Source of the DNA: Eledone cirrhosa
Lineage: Eukaryota
Assembly (NCBI GenBank): GCA_964016885.1
Contig: OZ024761.1
Coordinates: 16,430,001-16,494,000 of the forward strand
DNA length: 64,000 bases
Direction of reading: 5' to 3'
The translations under genes and the position numbers were made by a program. This document shows, in pieces, positions 13,401-28,474 of the stretch (its first letter is position 1; every line of letters starts with the position of its first letter). The notes beneath the pieces were generated by a model. The model was not told the DNA's origin, made no database searches, and saw only the letters and a program-made list of their open reading frames with translations.

Positions 13401-15616
13401 TGCCAGAGCTAATGAAATAGTAAAAGAATATTTTTATTTTTCAATTATGTCAAACATCGTATGTGGTTCTTTATTAAAGAAATGCTAAAATGGATTTAAA
13501 GATATGAAATTTGCACAGTAGAATTACGGCCGCTTGGCTGGCGTCTGGTAAAGTGGTGGTAGTGTAGGTTCGAGCGGAGGGGAAACTAAAAAGGTGGCTT
13601 CGAGATGATCGTGGCCCCGGGTAGCCCAGAAGATAGAGACCAATCTCTTAAATTAAAAAAAATTAAAATGTTTTAAACTTAAGATAAAGTAGAAGATCGA
13701 AACCCTATCTCCAAATCTATACACACTCAATTGATGCATAGATACACCACAACTACCCACACGACCACCTACAGACCAACAAATACGGAGTGAAAATAAA
13801 CACATTTAAAGCTATTTTATTGTTAGACTAAAAATAAGTTTATATATGTAAATATTCAAAAGAAAATCACTTAAGTCTTTATAGTCTAGTGGTAAGACAT
13901 AGGACTGGGGAATGTCGTGTTTGGATTTCGAATCAACTTAAAACATTATTTTTTTTATCCTCACACTGTAAGGAATTTGCTTGATTTGAACACGTAGTCA
14001 TACCATTTAAAGCTTTATTTTTCTCTTTCTAGTCGTAACACAGTCAGCATATAAATAAACGTGATTCACTTCAACACGTTGCCATACCATTTAAAACTTT
14101 ATTTGGAGATGAGACAAAGACACATAAATACACTAAGTAGTAAACCCTTGATTTAACTTACTATGAAGATGAAGAATGTCTGTTAATATCAAAGTGACGT
14201 TAAATTTAGGGGTCACTTTCATTGTTTTTAATTTACAGAAACTCCTTAATATAATACAATGTATATATTAGAAGGAATATTTTTTATTTTCTTGTTCCGT
14301 CAAACCTTGCGTTTATTCTACACACACACACGTCGAAACACTTGCTTGAGGTGGCTTTCTTAGACATAATGAGAAGTGTTGGCTTTGTGGAGATTGATAC
14401 AACTTTGGGTGATGTTACGAGGAGAGGCAAGGCTATGGAGAGTGTCTTAGTGGAAGAGATGATATCAGAGCAGTAACCTCCAAAGAGATGAAATTAGTGA
14501 CTGAGATGCTATCATTGCATAGTTCAGAATATATATAACAAACATATACTATAAATTTAACAAGTCAAACTACAGTTATACTCTAACACGGAAGACAAAT
14601 AAAACGTTACCTCTATCATGCACGTCGTATCCAGTGTGTTGTTATGAGAAAACCGGTGAAACACTAAATATGCCACCAGTGTAGCGATTTTATACTCTCT
14701 CTGCTTCATCGTACCACCCAGTAACATGAAACTGTGTTCAAATCCCTGGGAGGTAGAATTACGTCGCTTTAAATAAACACACTGGGGTCAGTTTGAATAT
14801 TGATTTCATGTGAAAAATATATACATATTATGATTGTACTCCGAACTATTAATATTGAAACAATTCTAATGCGCCAATAAAATTTATATATCTATACAGC
14901 AACAGTGTTTTCGATCTTTCTTACTTTTTTATTCACATTCTACAGTCACTTTAACTCTGTAATAAAACCCAACACGAGACGAACGTTAGCTGCAGTTACC
15001 CACGAAATTAACGCACACACAAATGAATATATATATATATATATATATACTACTAAAATGTATTTAAAATTAAAAAATAAATGCTTAAATTCAATGTATA
15101 ATTACACGTACAATATGTTTTGTTGTAAAACCCTAAATAATGATTTCAGAAATGATGTCAATCTCTTTGTACAGAGATAAACATTAATTTATGTATATGC
15201 ATTGTGTGTGCGTATATACTCCATTTAAGACAGCGAAAAAGCCAGTACCTTCTTCGAAGAATGCCAAATAGTTTATGCCTCAGGGATACCGGTGTAACAC
15301 TAATTAAGTTACCGGTGTAGATATTTCAGTTGAACCCTGCTTCAACAAACTACCCGGTAATTTGAAATCGAGTTCAGAGTGAGGGGTGTAAAACAGAATT
15401 CTGTTTGGAAAATAGTAAATTCTAAACCTGCTAGAAATAATAGCCAAATGTCGTATTTTGGGTACGAGGTGCGACTCGTCTTACCTCTTCTAATATATAT
15501 ATATATGTGTGTGTGTGTGTGTAGATTCACGGGTCGCTGCGGAGAGAAACCACAATAAATACAATGTACTCAATAGATTGGCATAGTATATATATATGTG
15601 TGTGTACATATAAATA

Positions 15617-15647
<31 letters not shown>

Positions 15648-16628
15648 GTATAAATGTATATATACATATAAATACTTATATATATATATATACATAAACA
15701 TATGTATACATACACACATATATAAATAAATATGTATGTATATATATATATATCTGTGTGTCTATTTATATATATATATATATATATATAATTATTACTT
15801 AGGTTCTAAGGAATATTCCGCGAATGTCGGGGTTTAATGTGTATATATATATATATATATGTGTGTATATACATATTTATTACTTTCACTGTTATTTCTA
15901 GCATAAAAAAGAAAAACCGGAAGGGGAGAAAATTGAAAAACTTCTTCTTTTTCCCTCCTCTAACTTTTCAAACAAAAGGAAATTTTATGTAAACAAAAAC
16001 GAAATTTTTGCCAAGAAAGATAACTCTTCTCTGACTTAAATCCAAAATTGGGTTACAAAAAAATTCCGCAATTTTTTGTATCCCAATTTTGGATTTAAGT
16101 CAGAGAAGAGTTATCTTTCTTGGCAAAAATTTCGTTTTTGTTTACATAAAATTTCCTTTTGTTTGAAAAGTTAGAGGAGGGAAAAAGAAGAAGTTTTTCA
16201 ATTTTCTCCACTTCCCGTTTTTTCTAGTGTATACTAGAAATAGCAGTCAAAGCAATATATATATGCCTTTTGTGACAATATATATTGTTTTAACGCTAGA
16301 TTATTAACAACAATATATTGTATTTGTTGGCCTATTGGACGCAGAAGACGCTCACTCGATTTTTATTATATTTTACGTTGTATTTTGAGGTTTATAGACA
16401 TTTCTATGGACCACCTACAATATTCGCGGTTTTTCACTATTCTCGGGTTCTCTAGGACTGTAAACCCCACGAATGCCGGGGGGTAACTGTATATGAATAT
16501 ATCGACTGATAATATACAGTATAATTGTACGAGTATGCATATACATAGCAATATATATACATATTTACACATATATGTACATATATATATATAGACACAC
16601 ATGTATATATATATATATATATAGACAC

Positions 16629-16659
<31 letters not shown>

Positions 16660-16709
16660 CATGTATGTATATATGTATACATATATATATATATGAATGT
16701 CTGTATATA

Positions 16710-16793
<84 letters not shown>

Positions 16794-19512
16794 CATAGAC
16801 ATGTGTGTGTGTGTACATTCTTAGGTATATATATATATATTTATACACACATACATACAAATATATATATTTCTATGAGTCACAGTTTATTACACATTGG
16901 AGACAGAGTGAGAGATTTAGCTTTCATTTTTAGCAGATTTAGAAACTTTGCAAACGCTTTATTTTTTCTTATTGCCGGTACTCTGAACACGATTTGAAAT
17001 GACTGGAGTGAGTTTATAAAAGGGTAAACTGAAATAGTTGCACCGGTAATATATTTAGTGTTACATCGGTATTTTCGAAACAGTCTCTTTCGCATTCGTC
17101 TGCAAGAGGTAACGTTTTCTATGCCGTCTCTGTTAGTGTAGAACTGTAGGTTGACTTGCTTGGTTTTTACAACTCCTTGTCAACATGCATATTATTATTA
17201 TATACTTTCAAACACACTTACATATATTATATTTATAAACATATAGGATTTTACTAAGTTTTTATTCTTTCTAATGTGAAGAGATAGAAATAATAAGTTA
17301 AAACTAAAGTATAATGATATAACAACTGTATATAATAGTTTTCTCCCCTTTATTGAGATGCAAACGTTTTAAAGAAAAAACATGACAGTATAAGAAATAT
17401 TTAATATCATAACATATAATATTTCAGGTAGGATGGTCGTTTCTCTTGTCTTCCACCTCTAGTTGTAGATTCTTCATGTCCTCTCTAGCCATAATTATGT
17501 CGTCGACATATTCATAAGTTTGATTTCTTCTTGAATGAATTGCAAATCATAAGGTAGCCTTCTTGGTACATTTATTAGCTTTAATTCGTGTTTACACTGC
17601 TTGTAATAATTCGTACGTTTTTTACTTTAGATGAAACATATATATAAAAACGTCTGTGGCTTTAGTATACCTTTAAGTTTGATTTCAATAGAAAAATATT
17701 TACTGAACATGTGTAACACAATTATAACTGGAGCTACTAAGTTCCTAGCCACTAGAAAATCTATTTGATAGAAGTTATTTCCTAGTTCTATGCACTGTCA
17801 ATATCCCTTCTACTTTTTATATGCTTGTGTTTGTTAAAGAAACATTCTCTGATTTAGAAACCACGTTCTTCTCGCACCACCGTTGTAGTAATTCTTGTTA
17901 AATGTTTTGTCTGGTCTATTGTCAATAAGTGTCCTTGTTTTCTGATTATGAATAAAGTTAAGTGGTCTACTGAATTGTCTTAATTATTGCTAATTTATAA
18001 GTTTGTTTAACTGCCGATAACTTTTAAATCTATTTCTTAGGTTGCTTAGGCCTACAAATCTTATATCAGTGTCCCTTCTTTTGACACTTTCTACGAGTGA
18101 ATCCTTAAATTGACATTTTATTTTGGGTTGTACTGCCTTATCCCACCTATAACAGCTAGAAGCAAATATAGTAAAAACAGGTCCTTGACTGTGGAGACTA
18201 ATATGAGTTATGTTGAATATAATTATTGAGGTTTATTCAATCTAAGAGAAGAAAAAATAAGTAAAGTGCAAAATTAACGTTTAAAGACAAGAAAAGTATT
18301 TCTCTTTCTCCCTGGCAAAATAAATCTGCTGTTTTTAGACCTAGAGGAGGGGAGGATTGACTCAGTCAGGTTTCAATGCCCACATGACGGTAATTACGGC
18401 ACCCCTACAACAACAGTTAAGTGTCTATAACCACCACGCATTTATGAGACTAAAAACCTTGCTAGTGTATTTTTATTTTGGTACAAAAGTTTTTAAATAA
18501 TTTCATAAGTTTTAAATTCAAGTAAGTCCAATATAACGTATTTAAACGAATCTATAGATAGGATTTCAATATCTTCCAGAGCTTATGAAATAGTAAAACA
18601 ATTTTTTTTCTTTTCAATTATATCAAATACCATAAGTTGTTCTTTATTAAAGAAATGCTAAAATAGATTTAGTTAGTATGACTCTGAAATGTGTTCATAA
18701 ACGGTAATGTTATGTTTTCCGTAGAGACTGTCTGTCTTACAGTATGTTTACACACAATACATACATGCATATACATAAATTAATTGTTTATTAGCTATAT
18801 TCATCTGTTTACACACCTCGTAATAATTCGAGCGGTTTTGTTTTTGTTTTTTCTTCAGGAGAGACGTAGATAGAAAAACGTTCGTGGCTTTAGTATTGTT
18901 TAATTGCCGATAAATTTGAAATATATTTGTTAGGTTTCTTAGAACTACAAATCTTTCTTATGACACTTACTACGGAATAAATTCTTAGCTGGATACTTTA
19001 CTTTGTGATTACTTTCCTCCCAAAGCCATAACAGCTTGAATGAGATGTAGCAAAAACTTGTGAAGACTGACATGAGTTATGTTGAATATAAGTGTAGACG
19101 TAAAATATTTTTGTTTATTCAATCTAAAGAATTTTAAGTCAAGTGCAAAATTAATGTTTAAAGGCATAAGAAAGGTATCTCGCTTTCTCTCCTGTAAAAC
19201 AAATAGGCTGTTTTTAGACCAGGAGGATGGGAGGATTGACTCAGTCAGATTTAAATGCACACATGACGGTAAATACGACAGTCCTACAACAGTTAAGTGT
19301 CTATAACAACCATGCATTTAAGAGACTGAAAACCTTACTAATGTGTTTTTATTTTGGTATTTAAAAACAAATTATATATTTAATTTCATGTAAGTCAAAT
19401 ACAATGTATTTAAATGAATCTACAGATGGAGTTGCAATATCTGCCAGGACTTTGGAAATAGAGAAATATATAATTTTTTAAATTAAAACTACTTTTCAAA
19501 GGAATAATAAAG

Positions 19513-19552
<40 letters not shown>

Positions 19553-21791
19553 CTCTAGTGGAGATATTTCTGAGATTGGAAACCCTATCGATGTATGTAT
19601 TTTGTCACTGAAAAGTTATCAAAAAATTATTATTATATATACATGTTTGTGTTTTTGACGTAAGTAAAACGAATCTATATACGAGATTTTCGATACCTGC
19701 CAGAGCTAATGAAATAGTAAAGGAATATTTTTATTTTTCAATTATGTCAAACATCGTATGTGGTTCTTTATTAAAGAAATGCTAAAATGGATTTAAAGAT
19801 ATGAAATTTGCACAGTAGAATTACGGCCGCTTGGTTGGCGTCTGGTAAAGTGGTGGTAGTGTAGGTTCGAGCGGAGGGGAAACTAAAAAGGTGGCTTCGA
19901 GATGATCGTGGCCCCGGGTAGCCCAGAAGATAGAGACCAATCTCTTAAATTAAAAAAAATTAAAATGTTTTAAACTTAAGATAAAGTAGAAGATCGAAAC
20001 CCTATCTCCAAATCTATACACACTCAATTGATGCATAGATACACCACAACTACCCACACGACCACCTACAGACCAACAAATACGGAGTGAAAATAAACAC
20101 ATTTAAAGCTATTTTATTGTTAGACTAAAAATAAGTTTATATATGTAAATATTCAAAAGAAAATCACTTAAGTCTTTATAGTCTAGTGGTAAGACATAGG
20201 ACTGGGGAATGTCGTGTTTGGATTTCGAATCAACTTAAAACATTATTTTTTTTATCCTCACACTGTAAGGAATTTGCTTGATTTGAACACGTAGTCATAC
20301 CATTTAAAGCTTTATTTTTCTCTTTCTAGTCGTAACACAGTCAGCATATAAATAAACGTGATTCACTTCAACACGTTGCCATACCATTTAAAACTTTATT
20401 TGGAGATGAGACAAAGACACATAAATACACTAAGTAGTAAACCCTTGATTTAACTTACTATGAAGATGAAGAATGTCTGTTAATATCAAAGTGACGTTAA
20501 ATTTAGGGGTCACTTTCATTGTTTTTAATTTACAGAAACTCCTTAATATAATACAATGTATATATTAGAAGGAATATTTTTTATTTTCTTGTTCCGTCAA
20601 ACCTTGCGTTTATTCTACACACACACACGTCGAAACACTTGCTTGAGGTGGCTTTCTTAGACATAATGAGAAGTGTTGGCTTTGTGGAGATTGATACAAC
20701 TTTGGGTGATGTTACGAGGAGAGGCAAGGCTATGGAGAGTGTCTTAGTGGAAGAGATGATATCAGAGCAGTAACCTCCAAAGAGATGAAATTAGTGACTG
20801 AGATGCTATCATTGCATAGTTCAGAATATATATAACAAACATATACTATAAATTTAACAAGTCAAACTACAGTTATACTCTAACACGGAAGACAAATAAA
20901 ACGTTACCTCTATCATGCACGTCGTATCCAGTGTGTTGTTATAAGAAAACCGGTGAAACACTAAATATGCCACCAGTGTAGCGATTTTATACTCTCTCTG
21001 CTTCATCGTACCACCCAGTAACATGAAACTGTGTTCAAATCCCTGGGAGGTAGAATTACGTCGCTTTAAATAAACACACTGGGGTCAGTTTGAATATTGA
21101 TTTCATGTGAAAAATATATACATATTATGATTGTACTCCGAACTATTAATATTGAAACAATTCTAATGCGCCAATAAAATTTATATATCTATACAGCAAC
21201 AGTGTTTTCGATCTTTCTTACTTTTTTATTCACATTCTACAGTCACTTTAACTCTGTAATAAAACCCAACACGAGACGAACGTTAGCTGCAGTTACCCAC
21301 GAAATTAACGCACACACAAATGAATATATATATATATATATATATATACTACTAAAATGTATTTAAAATTAAAAAATAAATGCTTAAATTCAATGTATAA
21401 TTACACGTACAATATGTTTTGTTGTAAAACCCTAAATAATGATTTCAGAAATGATGTCAATCTCTTTGTACAGAGATAAACATTATTTTATGTATATGCA
21501 TTGTGTGTGCGTATATACTCCATTTAAGACAGCGAAAAAGCCAGTACCTTCTTCGAAGAATGCCAAATAGTTTATGCCTCAGGGATACCGGTGTAACACT
21601 AATTAAGTTACCGGTGTAGATATTTCAGTTGAACCCTGCTTCAACAAACTACCCGGTAATTTGAAATCGAGTTCAGAGTGAGGGGTGTAAAACAGAATTC
21701 TGTTTGGAAAATAGTAAATTCTAAACCTGCTAGAAATAATAGCCAAATGTCGTATTTTGGGTACGAGATGCGACTCGTCTTACCTCTTCTA

Positions 21792-21823
<32 letters not shown>

Positions 21824-21917
21824 AGATTCACGGGTCGCTGCGGAGAGAAACCACAATAAATACAATGTACTCAATAGATTGGCATAGTATATATATATGT
21901 GTGTGTACATATAAATA

Positions 21918-21948
<31 letters not shown>

Positions 21949-22059
21949 GTATAAATGTATATATACATATAAATACTTATATATATATATATACATAAAC
22001 ATATGTATACATACACACATATATAAATAAATATGTATGTATATATATATATCTGTGTG

Positions 22060-22107
<48 letters not shown>

Positions 22108-22941
22108 TTACTTAGGTTCTAAGGAATATTCCGCGAATGTCGGGGTTTAATGTGTATATATATATATATATATGTGTGTATATACATATTTATTACTTTC
22201 ACTGTTATTTCTAGCATAAAAAAGAAAAACCGGAAGGGGAGAAAATTGAAAAACTTCTTCTTTTTCCCTCCTCTAACTTTTCAAACAAAAGGAAATTTTA
22301 TGTAAACAAAAACGAAATTTTTGCCAAGAAAGATAACTCTTCTCTGACTTAAATCCAAAATTGGGTTACAAAAAAATTCCGCAATTTTTTGTATCCCAAT
22401 TTTGGATTTAAGTCAGAGAAGAGTTATCTTTCTTGGCAAAAATTTCGTTTTTGTTTACATAAAATTTCCTTTTGTTTGAAAAGTTAGAGGAGGGAAAAAG
22501 AAGAAGTTTTTCAATTTTCTCCACTTCCCGTTTTTTCTAGTGTATACTAGAAATAGCAGTCAAAGCAATATATATATGCCTTTTGTGACAATATATATTG
22601 TTTTAACGCTAGATTATTAACAACAATATATTGTATTTGTTGGCCTATTGGACGCAGAAGACGCTCACTCGATTTTTATTATATTTTACGTTGTATTTTG
22701 AGGTTTATAGACATTTCTATGGACCACCTACAATATTCGCGGTTTTTCACTATTCTCGGGTTCTCTAGGACTGTAAACCCCACGAATGCCGGGGGGTAAC
22801 TGTATATGAATATATCGACTGATAATATACAGTATAATTGTACGAGTATGCATATACATAGCAATATATATACATATTTACACATATATGTACATATATA
22901 TATATAGACACACATGTATATATATATATATATATAGACAC

Positions 22942-22972
<31 letters not shown>

Positions 22973-23022
22973 CATGTATGTATATATGTATACATATATA
23001 TATATATGAATGTCTGTATATA

Positions 23023-23102
<80 letters not shown>

Positions 23103-26100
23103 CATAGACATGTGTGTGTGTGTACATTCTTAGGTATATATATATATATTTATACACACATACATACAAATATATATATTTCTATGAGTCACAGTTTATT
23201 ACACATTGGAGACAGAGTGAGAGATTTAGCTTTCATTTTTAGCAGATTTAGAAACTTTGCAAACGCTTTATTTTTTCTTATTGCCGGTACTCTGAACACG
23301 ATTTGAAATGACTGGAGTGAGTTTATAAAAGGGTAAACTGAAATAGTTGCACCGGTAATATATTTAGTGTTACATCGGTATTTTCGAAACAGTCTCTTTC
23401 GCATTCGTCTGCAAGAGGTAACGTTTTCTATGCCGTCTCTGTTAGTGTAGAACTGTAGGTTGACTTGCTTGGTTTTTACAACTCCTTGTCAACATGCATA
23501 TTATTATTATATACTTTCAAACACACTTACATATATTATATTTATAAACATATAGGATTTTACTAAGTTTTTATTCTTTCTAATGTGAAGAGATAGAAAT
23601 AATAAGTTAAAACTAAAGTATAATGATATAACAACTGTATATAATAGTTTTCTCCCCTTTATTGAGATGCAAACGTTTTAAAGAAAAAACATGACAGTAT
23701 AAGAAATATTTAATATCATAACATATAATATTTCAGGTAGGATGGTCGTTTCTCTTGTCTTCCACCTCTAGTTGTAGATTCTTCATGTCCTCTCTAGCCA
23801 TAATTATGTCGTCGACATATTCATAAGTTTGATTTCTTCTTGAATGAATTGCAAATCATAAGGTAGCCTTCTTGGTACATTTATTAGCTTTAATTCGTGT
23901 TTACACTGCTTGTAATAATTCGTACGTTTTTTACTTTAGATGAAACATATATATAAAAACGTCTGTGGCTTTAGTATACCTTTAAGTTTGATTTCAATAG
24001 AAAAATATTTACTGAACATGTGTAACACAATTATAACTGGAGCTACTAAGTTCCTAGCCACTAGAAAATCTATTTGATAGAAGTTATTTCCTAGTTCTAT
24101 GCACTGTCAATATCCCTTCTACTTTTTATATGCTTGTGTTTGTTAAAGAAACATTCTCTGATTTAGAAACCACGTTCTTCTCGCACCACCGTTGTAGTAA
24201 TTCTTGTTAAATGTTTTGTCTGGTCTATTGTCAATAAGTGTCCTTGTTTTCTGATTATGAATAAAGTTAAGTGGTCTACTGAATTGTCTTAATTATTGCT
24301 AATTTATAAGTTTGTTTAACTGCCGATAACTTTTAAATCTATTTCTTAGGTTGCTTAGGCCTACAAATCTTATATCAGTGTCCCTTCTTTTGACACTTTC
24401 TACGAGTGAATCCTTAAATTGACATTTTATTTTGGGTTGTACTGCCTTATCCCACCTATAACAGCTAGAAGCAAATATAGTAAAAACAGGTCCTTGACTG
24501 TGGAGACTAATATGAGTTATGTTGAATATAATTATTGAGGTTTATTCAATCTAAGAGAAGAAAAAATAAGTAAAGTGCAAAATTAACGTTTAAAGACAAG
24601 AAAAGTATTTCTCTTTCTCCCTGGCAAAATAAATCTGCTGTTTTTAGACCTAGAGGAGGGGAGGATTGACTCAGTCAGGTTTCAATGCCCACATGACGGT
24701 AATTACGGCACCCCTACAACAACAGTTAAGTGTCTATAACCACCACGCATTTATGAGACTAAAAACCTTGCTAGTGTATTTTTATTTTGGTACAAAAGTT
24801 TTTAAATAATTTCATAAGTTTTAAATTCAAGTAAGTCCAATATAACGTATTTAAACGAATCTATAGATAGGATTTCAATATCTTCCAGAGCTTATGAAAT
24901 AGTAAAACAATTTTTTTTCTTTTCAATTATATCAAATACCATAAGTTGTTCTTTATTAAAGAAATGCTAAAATAGATTTAGTTAGTATGACTCTGAAATG
25001 TGTTCATAAACGGTAATGTTATGTTTTCCGTAGAGACTGTCTGTCTTACAGTATGTTTACACACAATACATACATGCATATACATAAATTAATTGTTTAT
25101 TAGCTATATTCATCTGTTTACACACCTCGTAATAATTCGAGCGGTTTTGTTTTTGTTTTTTCTTCAGGAGAGACGTAGATAGAAAAACGTTCGTGGCTTT
25201 AGTATTGTTTAATTGCCGATAAATTTGAAATATATTTGTTAGGTTTCTTAGAACTACAAATCTTTCTTATGACACTTACTACGGAATAAATTCTTAGCTG
25301 GATACTTTACTTTGTGATTACTTTCCTCCCAAAGCCATAACAGCTTGAATGAGATGTAGCAAAAACTTGTGAAGACTGACATGAGTTATGTTGAATATAA
25401 GTGTAGACGTAAAATATTTTTGTTTATTCAATCTAAAGAATTTTAAGTCAAGTGCAAAATTAATGTTTAAAGGCATAAGAAAGGTATCTCGCTTTCTCTC
25501 CTGTAAAACAAATAGGCTGTTTTTAGACCAGGAGGATGGGAGGATTGACTCAGTCAGATTTAAATGCACACATGACGGTAAATACGACGGTCCTACAACA
25601 ACAGTTAAGTGTCTATAACAACCATGCATTTAAGAGACTGAAAACCTTACTAATTTGTTTTTATTTTGGTACTTGAAAACAAAATTTAAAAACAAATTAT
25701 ATATTTAATTTCCTGTAAGTCAAATACAATGTATTTAAATGAATCTACAGATGGAGTTGCAATATCTGCCAGGACTTTGGAAATAGGGAAATATATAATT
25801 TTTTAAATTAAAACTACTTTTCAAAGGAATAATAAAGATATATATACACACACACACACAGACATCTCTAGTGGAGATATTTCTGAGATTGGAAACCCTA
25901 TCGATGTATGTATTTTGTCACTGAAAAGTTATCAAAAAATTATTATTATATATACATGTTTGTGTTTTTGACGTAAGTAAAACGAATCTATATACGAGGT
26001 TTTCGATACCTGCCAGAGCTTATGAAATAGTAAAAGAATATTTTTATTTTTCATTTATGTCAAACATCGTATGTGGTTCTTTATTAAAGAAATGCTAAAA

Positions 26101-28431
26101 TAGATTTAAATATATGAAATTTGCACAGTAGAATTACGGCCGCTTGGCGGGCGTCTGGTAAAGTGGTGGTAGTGTAGGTTCGAGCGGAGGGGAAACTAAA
26201 AAGGTGGCTCAGAGATGATCGTGACCCCGGGTAGCTCAGAAGATAGAGACCAATCTCTTAAATTAAAACAATAAAAATGTTTTAAACATAAGATAAAGTA
26301 GAAGATCGAAACCCTATCTCCAAATCTATACACACTCAATTGATGCATAGATACACCACAACTACCCACACGACCACCTACAGACCAACAATTACGGAGT
26401 GAAAATAAACACATTTAAAGCTATTTTATTGTTAGACTAAAAATAAGTTTATATATGTAAATATTCAAAAGAAAATCATTTAAGTCTTTATAGTCTAGTG
26501 GTAAGACATAGGACTGGGGAATGCCGTGTTTGGATTTCGAATCAACTTAAAAAATTTATTTTTTTTATTTGAACACGTAGTCATACCATTTACAGCTTTA
26601 TTTTTCTCTTTCTAGTCGTAACACAGTTAGCATATAAATAAACGTGATTCACTTCAACACGTTGCCATACCATTTAAAACTTTATTTGGAGATGAGACAA
26701 AGACACATAAATACACCAAATAGTAAACCCTTGATTTAACTTACTACGAAGATGAAGAATGTCTTAATATCAAAGTGACGTTAAATTTAGGGGTCACTTT
26801 CATTGTTTTAAATTTACAGAAACTCCTTAATATAATACAATGTACAAGATATATATATCAGAAGGAATATTTTTTTATTTTCTTGTTCCGTCAAACCTTG
26901 CGTTTATTCTACACACACACACACGTCGAAACACTTGCTTGAGGTGGCTTTCTTAGACATAATGAGAAGTGTTGGCTTTGTGGAGATTGATACAACTTTG
27001 GGTGATGTTACGAGGAGAGGCAAGGCTATGGAGAGTGTCTTAGTGGAAGAGATGACATCAGAGCAGTAACCTCCAAAGAGATGAAATTAGTGACTGAGAT
27101 GCTATCATTGCATAGTTAAGAATATATATAACAAACATATACTATAAATTTAACAAGTCAAACTACAGTTATACTCTAACACGGAAGACAAATAAAACTT
27201 TACCTCTATCATGCACGTCGTATCCAGTGTGTTGTTATAAGAAAACCGGTGAAACACTAAATATGCCACCAGTGTAGCGATTTTATACTCTCTCTGCTTC
27301 ATCGTACCACCCAGTAACATGAAACTGTGTTCAAATCCCTGGGTGGTAGAATTACGTCGCTTTAAAATAAACACACTGGGGTCAGTTTGAATATTGATTT
27401 CATGTGAAAAATATAAACATATGATTGTACTCCGAACTATCAATATTGAAACAATTCTAATGCGCCAATAAAATTTATATATATATACAGCAACAGTGTT
27501 TTCGATCTTTCTTACTTTTTTTATTCACATTCTACAGTCACTTTAACTCTGTAATAAAATCCAACACGAGACGAACGTTAACTGCAGTTACCCCCCACGA
27601 AATTAACGCACACACAAATGAATATACTACCAAAATGTATTTAAAATAAAAAAATAAATACTTAAATTCAATGTATGTATAATTACACGTACAATATGTT
27701 TTGTTGTAAAACCCTAAATAATGATTTAAGAAATGATGTCAATCTCTTTGTACAGAGATAAACATTAATTTATGTATATGCATTGTGTGTGCGTATATAC
27801 TCCATTTAAGACAGCGAAAAAGCCAGTACCTCCTTCGAAGAATGCCAAATAGCTTATGCCTCAGGGATACCGGTGTAACACTAATTAAGTTACCGGTGTA
27901 GATATTTCAGTTGAACCCTGCTTCAACAAACTACCCGGTAATTTGAAATCGAGTTTAGAGTGAGGGGTGTAAAACAGAATTCTGTTTGGAAAATAGTAAA
28001 TTCTAAACCTGCTAGAAATAATAGCCAAATGTCGTACTTTGGGTACGAGGGGCGACTGGTCTTACCTCTTCTAATATATATATATATAAATATATATATG
28101 TGTATGTGTGTGTAGATTCACGGGTCGCGTCGGAGAGAAACCACAATAAATACAATGTACTCAATAGATTGGCACAGTATATATATATATATGTGGGTGT
28201 GTGTGTACATATAAATGTGTGTGTGTGTGTATGTATATATATATATATATGTATAAATGCATATATACATATAAATACTTATATATATACATAAACATAT
28301 GTATACATACACACATATATAGATATATATGTGTGTATATATATATAGCTGTGTGTCTATTTATATATATATATATATATATATAATTATTACTTAGGTT
28401 CTAAGGAATATCCCGCGAATGTCGGGGTTTA

Positions 28432-28474
<43 letters not shown>

